Positions 12,399 to 36,012 of a DNA stretch of 64,000 nt are shown here, piece by piece; within the stretch, counting starts at the first letter, position 1, and the number at the start of each line of letters is the position of its first letter. The stretch lies in the NCBI GenBank assembly GCA_002269645.1, contig NIVC01002422.1, positions 38,583-102,582 on the forward strand, in the 5' to 3' direction. Position numbers and translations under genes: made by a program. The notes under the pieces were generated by a model. That model was not told where the DNA came from and did not search any database. It worked only from the letters and a program-made list of their open reading frames with translations. Source of the stretch: Macrostomum lignano. Lineage: Eukaryota.

Positions 12399-13074
12399 AT
12401 GTTCCGCGCAATCGCTAGCTCAGCCAAGCTGCTCAGATTAGGCGTTTCAGTTGCCAGGCCATCGCTGCCGGCCGTCAGCGTTGTCAGCAGGCAGCTGAGC
12501 GACGCGCCAAAACTGTCCCCGGCTGAGTTTGACGCCAAATACTTGGCCTTGTTTAACAATCCCCAATCAGACGGCTGGGTAATTCGCAAAGCTATGCAGG
12601 ATCTGTACTCTGAGGATCTGGTCCCCGAGCCTGAGCTTGTCACCGCCGCACTCAAAGCCTGCCGGCGTGTCAACGACTACGCCTTGGCTGTTCGCTTCCT
12701 TGAGGCTACTCGCGTGAGTCTAGCTGTTTTTTAGCGTCACACTGCTGAGCCTCTGACCCACAGATGTTGCAGACTGCTTACTCCGTGTTTAAAAATGATT
12801 CAAATTTGACAATTAATGGGTCTTGAAGTTCCAAGAATTCCGTTCCTAATATTGTGGCAAACAGTAAAAATAAGAATGCGAACAGTAGCATTTTTGATAA
12901 GCGACATCTTTCGCCTCGCGTCAGGCATCGTCAGGCTCATAAGGAATCGGAAACGAAGTATTTATTTATGTATTGATATGAATTTTGACGAAAAGGAGTC
13001 GATAAAAGTAGAAAAATGTACATTAACTTAACAGTCAATCGGCTATTGCACAGATTTGCGGAGCGCACAGGGCA

Positions 13075-13159
<85 letters not shown>

Positions 13160-14846
13160 CAAGGACACGGGTAGTAGCTCATGGAAGAGCCTCAAGGACA
13201 CGGGTAGTGGAAGAGCCTCAAGGACACGGGTAGCAGCTCATGGAAGAGCCTCAAGGACACGGGTAGTAGCTCATGGAAGAGCCTCAAGCACACGGGTAGT
13301 AGCTCATGGAAGAGCCTCAAGGACACAGGTAGTAGCTCATGGAAGAGCCTCAAGGACACGGGTAGCACATCATGGAAGAGCCTCAAGGACACGGGTAGTA
13401 GCTCATGGAAGAGCCTCAAGGACACGGGTAGCACATCATGGAAGAGCCTCAAGGACACGGGTAGCACATCATGGAAGAGCCTCAAGGACACGGGTAGTAG
13501 CTCATGGAAGAGCCTCAAGCACACGGGTAGTAGCTCATGGAAGAGCCTCAAGGACACAGGTAGTAGCTCATGGAAGAGCCTCAAGGACACGGGTAGCACA
13601 TCATGGAAGAGCCTCAAGGACACGGGTAGTAGCTCATGGAAGAGCCTCAAGGACACGGGTAGCACATCATGGAAGAGCCTCAAGGACACGGGTAGTAGCT
13701 CATGGAAGAGCCTCAAGGACACGAGTAGTAGCTCATGGAAGAGCCTCAAGGACACGGGTAGTAGCTCATGGAAGAGCCTCAAGGACACGGGTAGCAGCTT
13801 ATGGAAGAGCCTCAAAGACACAGGTAGTAGCGCCTCATGACAAAGCCTCAAGGACACGGGTAGTAGCTCATGGAAGAGCCTCAAGGACACGGGTAGTAGC
13901 TCATGGAAGAGCCTCAAGGACACGGGTAGCAGCTCATGGAAGAGCCTCAAGGACACGGGTAGTAGCTCATGACAGAGCCTCAAGGACACGGGTAGCAGCT
14001 CATGGAAGAGCCTCAAGGACACGGGTAGTAGCTCATGACAGAGCCTCAAGGACACGGGTAGTAGCTCATGACAGAGCCTCAAGGACACGGGTAGTAGCTC
14101 ATGGAAGAGACTCAAAGACACGGGTAGCAGCTCGCCTCGTGAACTTTTAGTTAATTCCGACTTTTACGCCTTCACAAATCAAAGTTTCCGTTAGTCTCAC
14201 CCTATAGGTAATACTCTGGTGACCTGAGCATTGAAATAGATAAATGGTACCTGCCTGTCGAAAGCTGAAAACACGGCATTTTTTAACAAATTGGCCGATT
14301 TTCTCGTAGCGGAAAGTTACCATGCCAGAATGCTTTCACTAAGAAACACATTGAACTTGTTACCGTGACAAAAGTCGCTTGACAGTCGTAGCAAGCACAA
14401 TTCACTAGCGGCTCTGGGGCGAGGCGACTCTTTGACGACTTTTACCGTGACATCTCGTCGTTTTAGAGTTATCTAGAGTCACTTATTGTCCTGTTTTGCC
14501 TGTGTTGCCTGAAGCGACTCTAAGAGGACGCACGTGACTCCATGATGCTTATTGACCTGCGTACAGTTTTAATCTGGAAAGCACTGGACAAGATTCGCAT
14601 AAAAATTATTTTCGCTACTCGTTAGTAAGCGACATCTGCATCGCTAGATACATGCTATCTAAGCCACCTGACCACCTCGCTTTCTACTTGCAGTTCAAGT
14701 GCGGCACCCAAGAGAAGGTGATCTGGCCCTGGATGATGCAGCAGATCAAACCAACCCTTGCTGAGCTGGGCATCAGCTCCATCGACGAGATGGGCTACGA
14801 TAAGCCTGAGCTGTACGTGCACCCCGAGCAGGGCATGTTCGAATGA
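12399..14846 (+). CDS. COX5A: Cytochrome c oxidase subunit 5A, mitochondrial precursor; join(12399..12713,14694..14846), 155 aa
   Basis: Presequence MFRAIASSAKLLR; motifs EFDAKY...DGWVIRKAMQDL..EDLVPEP..VTAALKACRRVNDYALAVRFLE and KCG...IKPTLAELGISSIDEMGYDKPEL. Phase-0 intron GTGAGT(12714)...TTGCAG(14693). Confidence 0.96.
13078..13155. repeat. (GA)n microsatellite
   Basis: Pure GA run in the COX5A intron, fused to the 33-bp array. Confidence 0.95.
13156..14150 (+). repeat. 33-bp minisatellite family, copy 1 (about 29 units)
   Basis: Unit CTCATGGAAGAGCCTCAAGGACACGGGTAGTAG; ends in AGCTCGCCTCGTGAACTTTTAG, shared 20/22 with copy 3. Confidence 0.95.
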
Positions 14847-15639
14847 GCGCAAATTTCAAGAGAAAAAAAGAACACACTTTGCCATTTTGCGCTTAGATTA
14901 ACAACAACAAAAGCGTCTACTTATGACTACCTAGCAACCAATTGTGTTACAATGTTGGTTTACCTGTATAAGTGGGCGAGGCATTAGATTTTAGCTATCT
15001 ATAAAAAATTAACACATCCACTCTTGTTAGTAATATAGTTTCTGTAGTAATAGTCTAACTTCTTGCGCACTCTCCCACTTCAAAAACAGTCTTCTGTCAA
15101 AAATATACTGAAATATTTCAATGTCGAATTTCAACACCTGTCTGTTCCCTGTTAGTCAAACAAAATCAAATATATACACACACACAGCACCTGCGCGTCA
15201 CCTGCTTATGTCAAATCGTTGATTGATGCCTAATTAAATAAAAGTCTGAAATAAATAGTAAAACGCTTTGCTTTTGCCGCAGAAGCAGCAACGCCCGCAC
15301 ACGCTGGCTTTTTCGATCTAAGAAAGACCTATTGCTCACAGAAATTTTGTTTGTATTACTGTTCTTTTTTGCATATTATAACAAAATCAAGTAGATTGAG
15401 TTTATATGCTTATATTTCTTTAGATTAACAAGAGTTTCAATGTAGCCTAATATTCAATGGAGAACATGATTAACCGAAGGGTACACAAATTTCCTGCATT
15501 TTTTCAGCTATTGTAATCTTATTTTGGCTAGAAGCCTTATATTAGTTAGAATTGAAGCATCAAAATTATTTCTGTACCACGTACTATGTACTCGTATTAA
15601 GTAATTGGCTAAAACGATTTGCGCCAACCTCAACTCTTA

Positions 15640-16075
15640 ATTTGATTAGCTTCATTCTGATTGGTTGAAACCAATATAGACACTGCAACCTCATTCCTAG
15701 TTGGATTAGCTTCATTCTAATTGGTTGAAACCAATAGACACCAACCTCACCTATTTAGAGGCATTAGATGCATTAGCTTACAGGCATTAGCTTTATTCTA
15801 ATTGGTTGAAACAGATAGACACCAACCTCACTCCTAAAAAATAGACTAGCTTTATTCTAATTGGTTGAAACAGATAGACACCAACCTCACTCCTAAAAAA
15901 TAGACTAGCTTCATTCTAATTGGTTGAAACGGATAGACAACAACGTCCCTCCTAAAATGGACTAGAATCATTCTGATTGGTTAAAACCAATCGACACCAA
16001 CCTCACTCCTAAAATGGACTAGATTCATTCTGATTGGTTAAAACCAATCGACATCAACCTCACTCCAAGCTGGAA
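15640..16075 (+). promoter_or_regulatory. Array of seven ~57-59-bp repeats with CCAAT boxes upstream of SHMT
   Basis: Each unit has ATTGG; four have the inverted pair ATTGGTTRAAACCAAT. The array ends about 40 bp before the SHMT ATG. The repeat is seen directly; the regulatory role is inferred. Confidence 0.55.
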
Positions 16076-16112
16076 ATCAACCAACGTCGCATTGATGTCG
16101 CGATAATCAACA

Positions 16113-19100
16113 ATGCTAATGCGCCGCATTCTAATGCGTCCGGCTGCTCGTCGCCTAGCAACGGCCGCCTGGACCGGACAAGAGCCCCTAGCAACTAGCG
16201 ATCCGCAGCTGTGGTCGCTTATTCAAGAAGAGAAACAACGCCAATTCAGAGGCTTGGAGCTCATCGCCTCGGAGAATTTCACTAGCCGGGCTGTGATGCA
16301 GTGCGCCGGCTCCTGTCTGACCAACAAATACGCTGAGGGATATCCGGGTGCCAGGTGCGACCCGCCTTCCGCTGCCTACCCTGCCACTTCCTCTGTTTAT
16401 CTTGAACTCCCGCTGTCTACCATTAACCTCCTACTATCTACTAATTAATGAAACCAACGTTAACTACCAATACACTCCCACGGTCTATCATTAAACTCCC
16501 CGCTATCATTAAATTCCCACTTCTACCATTAAACCCACGTTAACTACCAATAAACCCCCTCTAGCTACCACTAAACTCCCATTAATACAAATAAACTCCC
16601 GCTATCTAACATTAAACCCACGTTAACTACCAATTAACCCACTATCTACCTTTAAACTCCCGCTATCTATCATTAAACCCACTGTCTACCATTAAACTCC
16701 TACTGTCTACCATTAAACCCCCACTGTCTACCATTTAACTCCCACTGTCTATCATTAAACTCCCACTGTCTATCATTAAACTCCCACTGCCTACCATTAA
16801 ACCCCCACTGTCTATCATTAAACTCCCACTGTCTACCATTAAACTCCCAGTGGCTACGATTAAACTCCCACTGTCTACCAATCAACTCCCACTGGCTACC
16901 ATTAAACTCCCACAGGCTACCATTAAACTCCCACTGGCTACCATTAAACTCCCACTGTCTACCAATCAACTCCCACTGGCTACCATTAAACTCCCACAGG
17001 CTACCATTAAACTCCCACTGGCTACCATTAAACTCCCACTGGCTACCATTAAACTCCCACTGGCTACCATTAAACTCCCACTGGATACGATTAAACTCCC
17101 ACAGGCTACCATTAAACTCCCACTGGCTACCATTAAACTCCCACTGGCTACCATTAAACTCCCACTGGATACGATTAAACTCCCACAGGCTACCATTCAA
17201 CTCCCACTGGCTACCATTAAACTCCCACTGGATACGATTAAACTCCCACAGGCTACCATTCAACTCCCACTGTATACCGTTAAACTCCCAATGTCTACGA
17301 TTAAACTCCCAATGTCTACGATTAAACTCCCACTGTCTACGATTAAACTCCCACTGTTTACCTTTAAACTCAACTAGCTACCATTAAACTCCCCGCTATC
17401 TTCAATAGAACCAGCTAAGATCCCGATTCCATCAGCAGTCCTCCCTTTCCTCGCCGCAGGTACTACGGCGGCAACGAGGTGGTGGACCGAATCGAGCTTC
17501 TGGCCCAGTCCCGCCTGCTGGACTGCTTCGGCCTCGACCCCCAGCGCTGGGGCGTCAACGTGCAGCCGTACTCGGGCAGTCCGGCTAACTTCGCCGCCTA
17601 CACCGGCCTCCTCAAGCCTCACGACAGATTCATGGGCCTTGACCTGCCCGACGGCGGCCACCTCACCCACGGCTTTGCCAGCCCGCAGAAGCGGGTGTCG
17701 GCCACTTCTGTGTACTTTGAATCGCTTGGATACAAGGTTAGTAATAACAATTAAGGTTGGGCAGGAGGGCTATGGGCCACATCACCCCACAACCAGCGCT
17801 GACGGCAATCAAATTGACGCTGACGGCCGCTGACGGTTGGCCATCAAAGATGTTCATCGGCCTTCTAACCGTCGCCCCCCTCAGGTGGACCAGCGCACCG
17901 GACTGCTAGACTACGAGCAGCTGGAGTCGACCGCTCGCCTGTTTCGCCCTCGCCTAATTGTAGCCGGCGTCACCGCCTATCCGCGCCTATTGGACTACGC
18001 GCGTTTTCGGCGCCTCTGCGACGAACTCGGCGCCGTCCTGATGGCCGACATGGCCCACATCAGCGGTCTGGTGGCCGCCGGCGTTATTCCTTCGCCATTC
18101 GAATTTGCCGACGTTGTCACCAGCACCACGCACAAGTCTTTGCGCGGCCCTCGCGCCGGCGTCATTTTCTATCGCCGCGGCGAACGGCCTCCGGCGTCGG
18201 CTAAAGAGGCGCCCAGACAGTACGACTTTGAGGAGCGAATCAACTTCGCCGTGTTCCCCGGCCTGCAGGGCGGCCCGCACGAAGCTGCTATTGCCGGCAT
18301 CGCCGCCATGGCGCTGCAGGCTCGCTCGCCAGAGTTCAAAGCTTACGCCAAGCAGGTTCGGCTTGACCTTGGTTGACCCCTTGGTCCTTGGTGCTGGATG
18401 TCCTTGCATCCCTTCATTCAGACTGTTTATTTTATTTTATTAGAGGCAGGGGGGTTGTGTGCACCCTGGCGCACTTTAAGCGACATAGGCACACAACCGG
18501 CGAGAGGCATTACTGCCCATTCCGCCGACTCCCCTGAGCAGGCATACAAGCGCGCGGATACGTACGCAGGCACACACTCACACAGGAGTGTACAGCGGCA
18601 CTAACTTAATAATATCGTTTGGCATGTGCACTTCACTGCGCCTTGGGGGGTTGGCTCTCAAGGCCGTTAATTGCACGAGCAGAGCCTGTACCCTGCATCC
18701 CTTCATTCAGACTGTACCCTGCATCCCTGCATTCAGACTGTGCCCTGCATCCCTTCATTCAGACTGTACCCTGCATCCCTTCATTCAGACTGTACCCTGC
18801 ATCCCTTCATTCAGACTGTACCCTGCATCCCTTCATTCAGACTGTACCCTGCATCCCTTCATTCAGACTGTACCCTGCATCCCTTTATTCAGACTGTACC
18901 CTGCATCCCTGCATTCAGACTGTACCCTGCATCCCTTCATTCAGACTGTACCCAAGTACCTTGCATCCCTTCATTCAAACTGTACCTGCGTCAAAACAAA
19001 TATGAATTGGTTTTTTAAATATGAAAGCCTAACAATCGGGGGGAGGGAATCAAGCATCAATATGCCTAGGCTCCTTTTCTTCCCCAAACCCCAGGTCCTG

Positions 19101-19413
19101 GCCAATGCGCAAGCGATGAGCCGAGCGCTGATCGCCAAGGGCTACAGCGTAGTCACCGGCGGCACCGACTGCCACCTGTTACTCGTCGATCTCCGACCGA
19201 AAGGCGTAGACGGCGCCAGGGCTGAGCGGGTTGCTGAACTGGCCGCTATCACCTTTAATAAAAACACTGTGCCCGGCGATAAGAGCGCCCTGGTGCCGGG
19301 CGGGATTCGGCTGGGTAGGCGGCGTTTGGTTGCTTGGCTTAGTGACAGATAGATAGATAGATAGATAGGTAGATAGATAGATAGGTAGGTAGATAGATAG
19401 ATAGATAGATAGG

Positions 19414-19444
<31 letters not shown>

Positions 19445-19912
19445 GTAGATAGATAGATAGATAGGTAGGTAGATAGATTAGACGGACAGACAGACAGACA
19501 GAAAGACAGACAGACAGACAGACAGACAACAAGCGAGCAGCTACGGCAGAGGTGTAACGCACAGTGTACTTCGCACACCAAATCATTGCAGGCACGCCGG
19601 CACTGACAACGAGAAGTCTTGTTGAGAAAGACTTCGAAGCCGTTGTAGACTTTATCGACAAAGCTGTGGACATTGCTATTCACGCCAAATCTAAAACAAG
19701 TAAGTAAATTTGTGCATGCTGCTAGAAGTATCTCAACTTTGTCTCGGGGGGCTCTGATGTAAAAATGATCTCATTTGTCTTCAGAGACGCTAAAAGACTT
19801 CAAAAAATTTGTGCTCGAAGACGCCGAGACAGCGAGACGCATCGGAGAGCTCAAACAGGAAGTTGAGTCGTTTGCCAGCCGCTTTCCCATGCCCGGGTGG
19901 GAAGATTACTGA
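16113..19912 (+). CDS. SHMT2: Serine hydroxymethyltransferase, mitochondrial-type; join(16113..16354,17460..17736,17885..18355,19095..19314,19592..19699,19785..19912), 481 aa
   Basis: Motifs [55 protein letters not shown]-lysine [37 protein letters not shown]. All five introns are GT-AG with matching phases (total 1446 nt). Arg-rich presequence. Confidence 0.96.
16460..17395. repeat. 21-bp minisatellite in SHMT intron 1 (CTACCATTAAACTCCCACTGG)
   Basis: Tandem units, degenerate at the edges. Confidence 0.92.
18426..18688 (-). mobile_element. tRNA-type SINE, copy 1 (5'-truncated), SHMT intron 3
   Basis: Body matches 20362-20660 and 43090-43390; (TAAAA)n tail on the minus strand at 18426-18441. 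Confidence 0.75.
18686..18985. repeat. 26-bp minisatellite (CTGTACCCTGCATCCCTTCATTCAGA)
   Basis: About 11 units; one further unit at about 18400-18425 lies on the far side of the SINE. Confidence 0.92.
19346..19530. repeat. (GATA)n/(GACA)n microsatellite in SHMT intron 4
   Basis: Direct sequence. Confidence 0.95.
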
Positions 19913-20361
19913 AGAGTAACTTGATTCCTATAGCTGGGACTGTTTGTACAGCTCGCCAAACAAGTCAGTGACCTCGGTTCACACTTAAAGGGCCATAATC
20001 GTGTCATTCTGCCTGCCACTAAGTCCACTTTTAGATCTTAGAAAGATATTTTAGCGAAGAATTATCATAAAATATTTTCTGATTGCTGTCTTTACATTAT
20101 TTGCTTGTTAATTGATTTTTTTCTGCGATGATCAACATTATATCCTTATGAAGCGTGTTCTGATTTCCTAGCAGGTTGCCAAATCTATATTTTTTCAATA
20201 AGACATCGTTTATGAGGCAAATATTACAGCCACATTAAATAAATGCTTATATAAACTTTAAAAATGAATTTCTTGCTTCAGTTTATTATAGAGATGCAAT
20301 ATCTGCCTACTGTATTCATAAGTAGTTGATAGAGAACAGTAGTCAGGGTGACGATAGACTT

Positions 20362-20660
20362 TTAATTAAGTTAATATGGAGGCTGTGTGCACCCTGGCGC
20401 ACTTCAAGCGAAATTGTCACACAACCGGCGAGAGGCATAACTGCCCATTCCGCCGACTCCCCTGAACAGGCTCACAAGCGCGCGGATACGTACGCAGTCA
20501 TACGCACAGGCACACACAGGAGTGTACAGCGGTCCTAACTTCACTGTGCCTTGGGGGTTGGGCCTCAAGGGCGTTAATTGCACAAGCAGAGCCAAGCCGA
20601 GATTGCAATTTAGCCCCCAAATTAATTTGACTGCACTGGGAATCGAGCCTGGGCCACGGC
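20362..20660 (-). mobile_element. tRNA-type SINE, copy 2
   Basis: Shares GTGTGCACCCTGGCGC...CACACAACCGGCGAGAGGCAT...TTAATTGCAC with the other copies; GGGAATCGAGCC is an inverse B-box-like motif. Confidence 0.75.
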
Positions 20661-21379
20661 CCCCTTCCCTGAGTCAATATGGACTCAGCTGACAGATTGA
20701 CTTTTGGATGCCTCGATAAATTCTTTGTGTGGTATTTTAAGTAGTTAGTTTGGATTTTTTAGGTAAATTATCTCGAATTAAATTCTCCCCAAAAAATTGA
20801 CTAGTTGCTTTACTATTTTCTTCTATTTGCTTTTCTTTTTTGGTGCGAATTTAAATTCCTTTCTTAAAACCCGACTGAAGATTTCTCATGTTGACATCGA
20901 ACTAGCTGGAAAATATCTAATTCTAAATCCCATGAAAAAATTGTTTTCAAAGAAAGTTGAAGCGAGGACTGAGCCGGCTTGAAAAAACACCTGGCATTAT
21001 GCAGTACGAGGTCAGACGACAGAGTTTCTCCTAACTCAGTTGCCCAAGGCAACCTAAGCTGCTGCACGTGAGCGATCAGTTTTTGCTCATTAGTGTTCGA
21101 GTCTTCGGTACCGAATTTCGATATCAAGTACCAGGTAATATCGCTAGAACAACCCATCTTTGAGCGCTCCACAAATTGGTGCTTTTTTTACAAACGTAAC
21201 GGTTCTTTGTATCGACCCGTGATAAATGCAGTATTTTCCTACTTCTAAATGAAGCAACTCTTGACAAACAATGTGCACTAATGGCTAAAAATGCTTTTTT
21301 CGTTGAATAGCTTAAGCTACGCATTCATAGAATTCAGTGATAAACTTTGATTACTGCGCTTTGAGTGATAAATCTTCAC

Positions 21380-21985
21380 TAGCATCTCATAGTCTGATCT
21401 CATAGCCTCTACTGGCATCTCACAGTCTGATCTCATAGCCCCTACTGGCACCTTACAGTCTGATCTCATAGCCTCTACTGGCATCTCACAGTCTGATCTC
21501 ATAGTCTCTACTGGCACCTTACAGTCTGATCTCATAGTCTCTACTGGCATCTCACAGTCTGATCTCATAGTCTCTACTGGTATCTCACAGTCTGATCTCA
21601 TAGTCTCTACTGGTATCTCACAGTCTGATCTCATAGTCTCTACTGGTATCTCAGTCTCGTGTCATGACAGTTTCTACTGGCATCTCACAGATTCTACTGG
21701 AATCTCACAGATTCTACTGGAGTCTCACAGATTCTACTGGAATCTCACAGATTCTACTGGAATCTCACAGATTCTACTGGAGTCTCACAGATTCTACTGG
21801 CATCTCACAGATTCTACTGGAATCTCACAGATTCTACTGGAGTCTCACAGATTCTACTGGAATCTCACAGATTCTACTGGAATCTCACAGATTCTACCGG
21901 AATCTCACAGATTCTACTGGAGTCTCACAGATTCTACTGGAATCTCACAGATTCTACTGGAATCTCACAGATTCTACTGGAATTC
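21380..21985. repeat. Adjacent 33-bp and 20-bp minisatellites sharing the core CTACTGG(N)ATCTCACAG
   Basis: 33-mer at about 21380-21652; 20-mer CTACTGGAATCTCACAGATT at about 21670-21985. Confidence 0.9.
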
Positions 21986-22424
21986 CCAATTTCGATTCTA
22001 TTATAACAAACGTAGTTCTTCCTTGACGCCGAGAGCGGAGAGGCAACTGTGGCCGCAGACTTCAACCATACGAGTTTCGCAGGTTTGACCTGAAAACTGG
22101 CGTGCGAGCCGAGCTGGAAAAATGGAAGTTCAGTTGAGTTGCTCAGCGGGCCAACTAAGTAGAATAATTGCTGTCTGCCCAGTGCCAGTTAGCGAATGAA
22201 TAATGAGTCCGGCTAAGACCGTTACCGAATTTCTCAGGTTGAGCAATTTCGCCGTTTTCCATTTCCTTGGTCACGACTTTTCTATCAGCGACTGTGCAAT
22301 GCCAGAAATTGCCTGTCCTTATTCAGCTGACGGGTGTCTTGCTCTGCTTTGCCATCCAGACTTCCGCGTTCTCGATGCGTTCCGCTCGCTTCATTGGTTT
22401 TGTGCACCAGAGTGCGATGCTGTT

Positions 22425-22800
22425 CAGGGGCGTCGCCACCGGAGGGACAGGGGGGACATGTCCCCCCCCCCAGTAAAAGCTACTGGGGGACATGTTCCCC
22501 CTCCCCCAGTAAAAGCTACTGGGGGGACATGCCGATGCTTTGTCCCCCCAATCGAGTGCCTCTGGCGCTAAAATGAGTGCCCCTGGCGCTAAAATGAGTG
22601 CCTGCGGCGCTAAAACGAGTGCCTGCGGGGCCAAAATGAGTGCCTGCGGCGCTAAAATGAGTGCCTGCGGCGCTAAAATGAGTGCCTGCGGCGCCAAAAT
22701 GAGTGCCTGCGGCGCTAAAATGAGTGCCTGCGTCGCCAAAATGAGTGCCTGCGGCGCTAAAATGAGTGCCTGCGGCGCTAAAATGAGTGCCTCTGACAAA
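22425..22800 (+). mobile_element. Orphan left end of the CAGGGGCGTCGCCA hAT family plus its internal 21-bp minisatellite
   Basis: TIR at 22425-22438 and a subterminal region matching the reverse complement of about 56850-56928, followed by GGCGCTAAAATGAGTGCCTGC repeats. No matching right TIR found. Confidence 0.8.
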
Positions 22801-23559
22801 AATGAACGCTGACAACACCGATTCTGAAAATGATGTACAAGTAGGAATTTAGTCATGTACATGTACATGTAGAATTCTATTAACTCTATTCTGTAATGTT
22901 ACAGGATGAGTGAGTAATTCGATTTTGTTATATTTCAGAATGATTCAGTAGTCCTATTAAAGTATAACCTTGCTAATTAACTAAACAGAATTCAGTTGAT
23001 AATACTAGTAATTTAATATTTAGCAGTCAAGTGCTGCTTCTGATGATTGACAGGTCGTTGGTGCTTGACTCCACAGGCTTTCTTTTAAACTAACCAATGG
23101 TTTGTAGCTGATGTAATTGGTCTTTGATAGGCAACAAGACATGACTATCCAGGCACTCGATTGAAGACATCTGCTTGTGGAGAACAAGCCTCCTGATTCT
23201 ATTGTACTTTTAGGTTTGGATTGCTTTTGGCTTCGTCCGTGTTTAAATACAGTTTGATCAGAGGTTGCCTTCCTAGTGCCTCACAGCCACAGGTGGCTGG
23301 CAGGCAGGGGAACACGCATCTTCTAGGATAAATTCCCCCACCCCCAACTCCGCAGATGCGTCGTAGATGATAACACTGACTAATTCCTTCATTCAACTGT
23401 AGGGGGTAGGGGCGGTCGCTTCTTTTGGGAAAACTTTATTTCGACAAAGAGAGTATGCCGAGGAAAACTTACTTTTTGGCACAGCTTCCCTTATTTTTCA
23501 TTGGATTAGAAACTAAAACCAAATGCATTATTGGCATGGTGAATTGAATCTGGAATTGT

Positions 23560-23930
23560 GGCATCCTTGCTGAGGAATTTTGGCATTCTTGATGGAGAAT
23601 TGCGGCATCCTTGATGGGGAATCGCGGCATCCTTGATGGGGAATCGCGGCATCCTTGGTGGGGAATTCCGGCATTCTTGATGGGGAATTAAGGCTTCCTT
23701 GATGGGGAATTGGGGCTTCCTTGATGGGGAATTGGGGCTTCCTTGATGGGGAATTGGGGCTTCCTTGATGGGGAATTGGGGCTTCCTTGATGGGGAATTG
23801 GAGCTTCCTTGATGGGGAATTGGGACTTCCTTGATGGGGAATTGAGGCTTCCTTGATAGGGAATTGTGGTTTCCTTGATGGGGAATTGGGGCTTCCTTGA
23901 TGGGGAATTGTGGCATTCTTGATGAGGAGT
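23560..23930. repeat. 22-bp minisatellite (TGATGGGGAATTGGGGCTTCCT)
   Basis: Tandem units. Confidence 0.92.
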
Positions 23931-24128
23931 TGTGACTTCCAGTCTCATATTTCATCCAGTATCAAAAGGGCAGAATCCCAAATGAAGTTCAGTACAGCAC
24001 CGCGCTATTCAGCCACACATGCCAATCAAAACCAAGTTTGAACAGTTTACTGAACTGTTCATCAAACTCACAATTTATTGTTTAAATTCTGCATTGCAAA
24101 AAAACAAACCGATTCATGGGGCAGCGAC

Positions 24129-24161
<33 letters not shown>

Positions 24162-25237
24162 AACAAACGGTAGGTTATATTTTTTTACAAAATAAAACTA
24201 AGACAAACGGCAAAGCGAGAAAACAAATGGATACTGAAATTTTACTGGGCATTACACGGGATAAAAATTTAATCAGCGCAGTCTCAACATTTCGGTGTAC
24301 ATCCGATTATGTACACTTTGCAGTTGCTAGCGAAAAGAGATTGAAAGGTTTCATTTCTGGGGGTTTTATGTGCGAACACGGCTGCTGCGAGAGCGGACTT
24401 TGGGGTGCTTTTTTGACGCCTAGATGCCATTTTTGATGTCTAGATGCCATTTTTGATGTCTAGATGCCATTTTTGGCGCCTACAAGCGTAAGTGCTACGG
24501 TTAATGTTATTGGCTTCTTATTCAGTTACTCGCCAATAACATTATAGCAATCTGTTCCTCATGTCTCCCAAAACACACAGTGCCGCAGGCAAGTGCAGTC
24601 TACTTTCGAGTACTATATGCCGTTGCTACGGCTAGGTGAGACCAAAATAACCATCTGTGTGAGCAGTTTTACATAGTTGTTCTTGTCAAAACAAACGGAA
24701 TAAAAGTTTTGGAGAAGTGTTGACTTGAAGAAAAAAACTTGAAGCTTCGGGGGTTAGAATTTCCAGAAATACAGGTTGGGCCATAGACAAGAGGCAAGCA
24801 AGTCTAGAAGCAAGTTACAGAAAACGAGTTGATTAACATCAGGGCCATCTGCAGTGCCCCAGCTTGGACTCAGCCGCAGGGACATCAGGACGGTAACCAT
24901 GACCCTCTCGGGTCACGGATGCTTCGTTTTAGCATCGTCACCTCCAGGGAAAAATCCACAGTAAGGAATTTCCATTCTCCATTCAATATCAGAGCTACAA
25001 AGTCTGACAGCCAAGGCCTGCTACTGTGGCTGTGGCCATAGACTACGAGTATGACTTCCATGTCAGGCACTTCCATGGCACTCTTATCTATCGCTGTTTT
25101 TGCATGTACTCCATACGGCCCATTGTCCTGTTGAAATAAAGACTTTGTTGCCAGGGTTAAGAAAGAAAACACTGACTAAACTGAAACCCCTAGAGCCCTG
25201 CTCCCAGTTAAAGAAGTTAGTCCCCAAGAAGAGTCAG

Positions 25238-34982
<9,745 letters not shown>

Positions 34983-35304
34983 CTGGAGTGTCAAGGAAGA
35001 ATAAATAAAATTTGATCAGAAAATATCTAACAAAGAATTCAGCCTTGATGACAACAGCGCAATTATTGTTGTGAACAATTTCTCAACAATGCGTTTCCTG
35101 GAAATCTCGACCTCACCATTCCCCAGCTAGAAAAGATGACAAAGGTAAAAGCAGCTGCTCACTTCTGCTGCGAGATAATAAAGATCAGGGCAAATTGCAA
35201 ACTCTTGTTATTTCTCGCACCCTCAAGCAGCTCTGCAGCTCTCAGATGATGAAACTTGGGTGCCACTGTCCACACAGCTGTGTTTGTCCTGAAGATGAAC
35301 TGTC

Positions 35305-36012
<708 letters not shown>

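Noticed and set aside
13056-14150. 364-aa repeat protein (HGRASRTRVVA)n and its antisense
   Set aside because: 33-bp unit divisible by 3, lying in the COX5A intron; the same repeat occurs elsewhere in opposite orientation.
24830-25130. Extra exon or TSP1-like motif (QWAVWSTC) downstream of the cysteine-rich gene
   Set aside because: That frame has several stops, and the alternative open frame has no recognisable features; it lies past the gene's stop codon.
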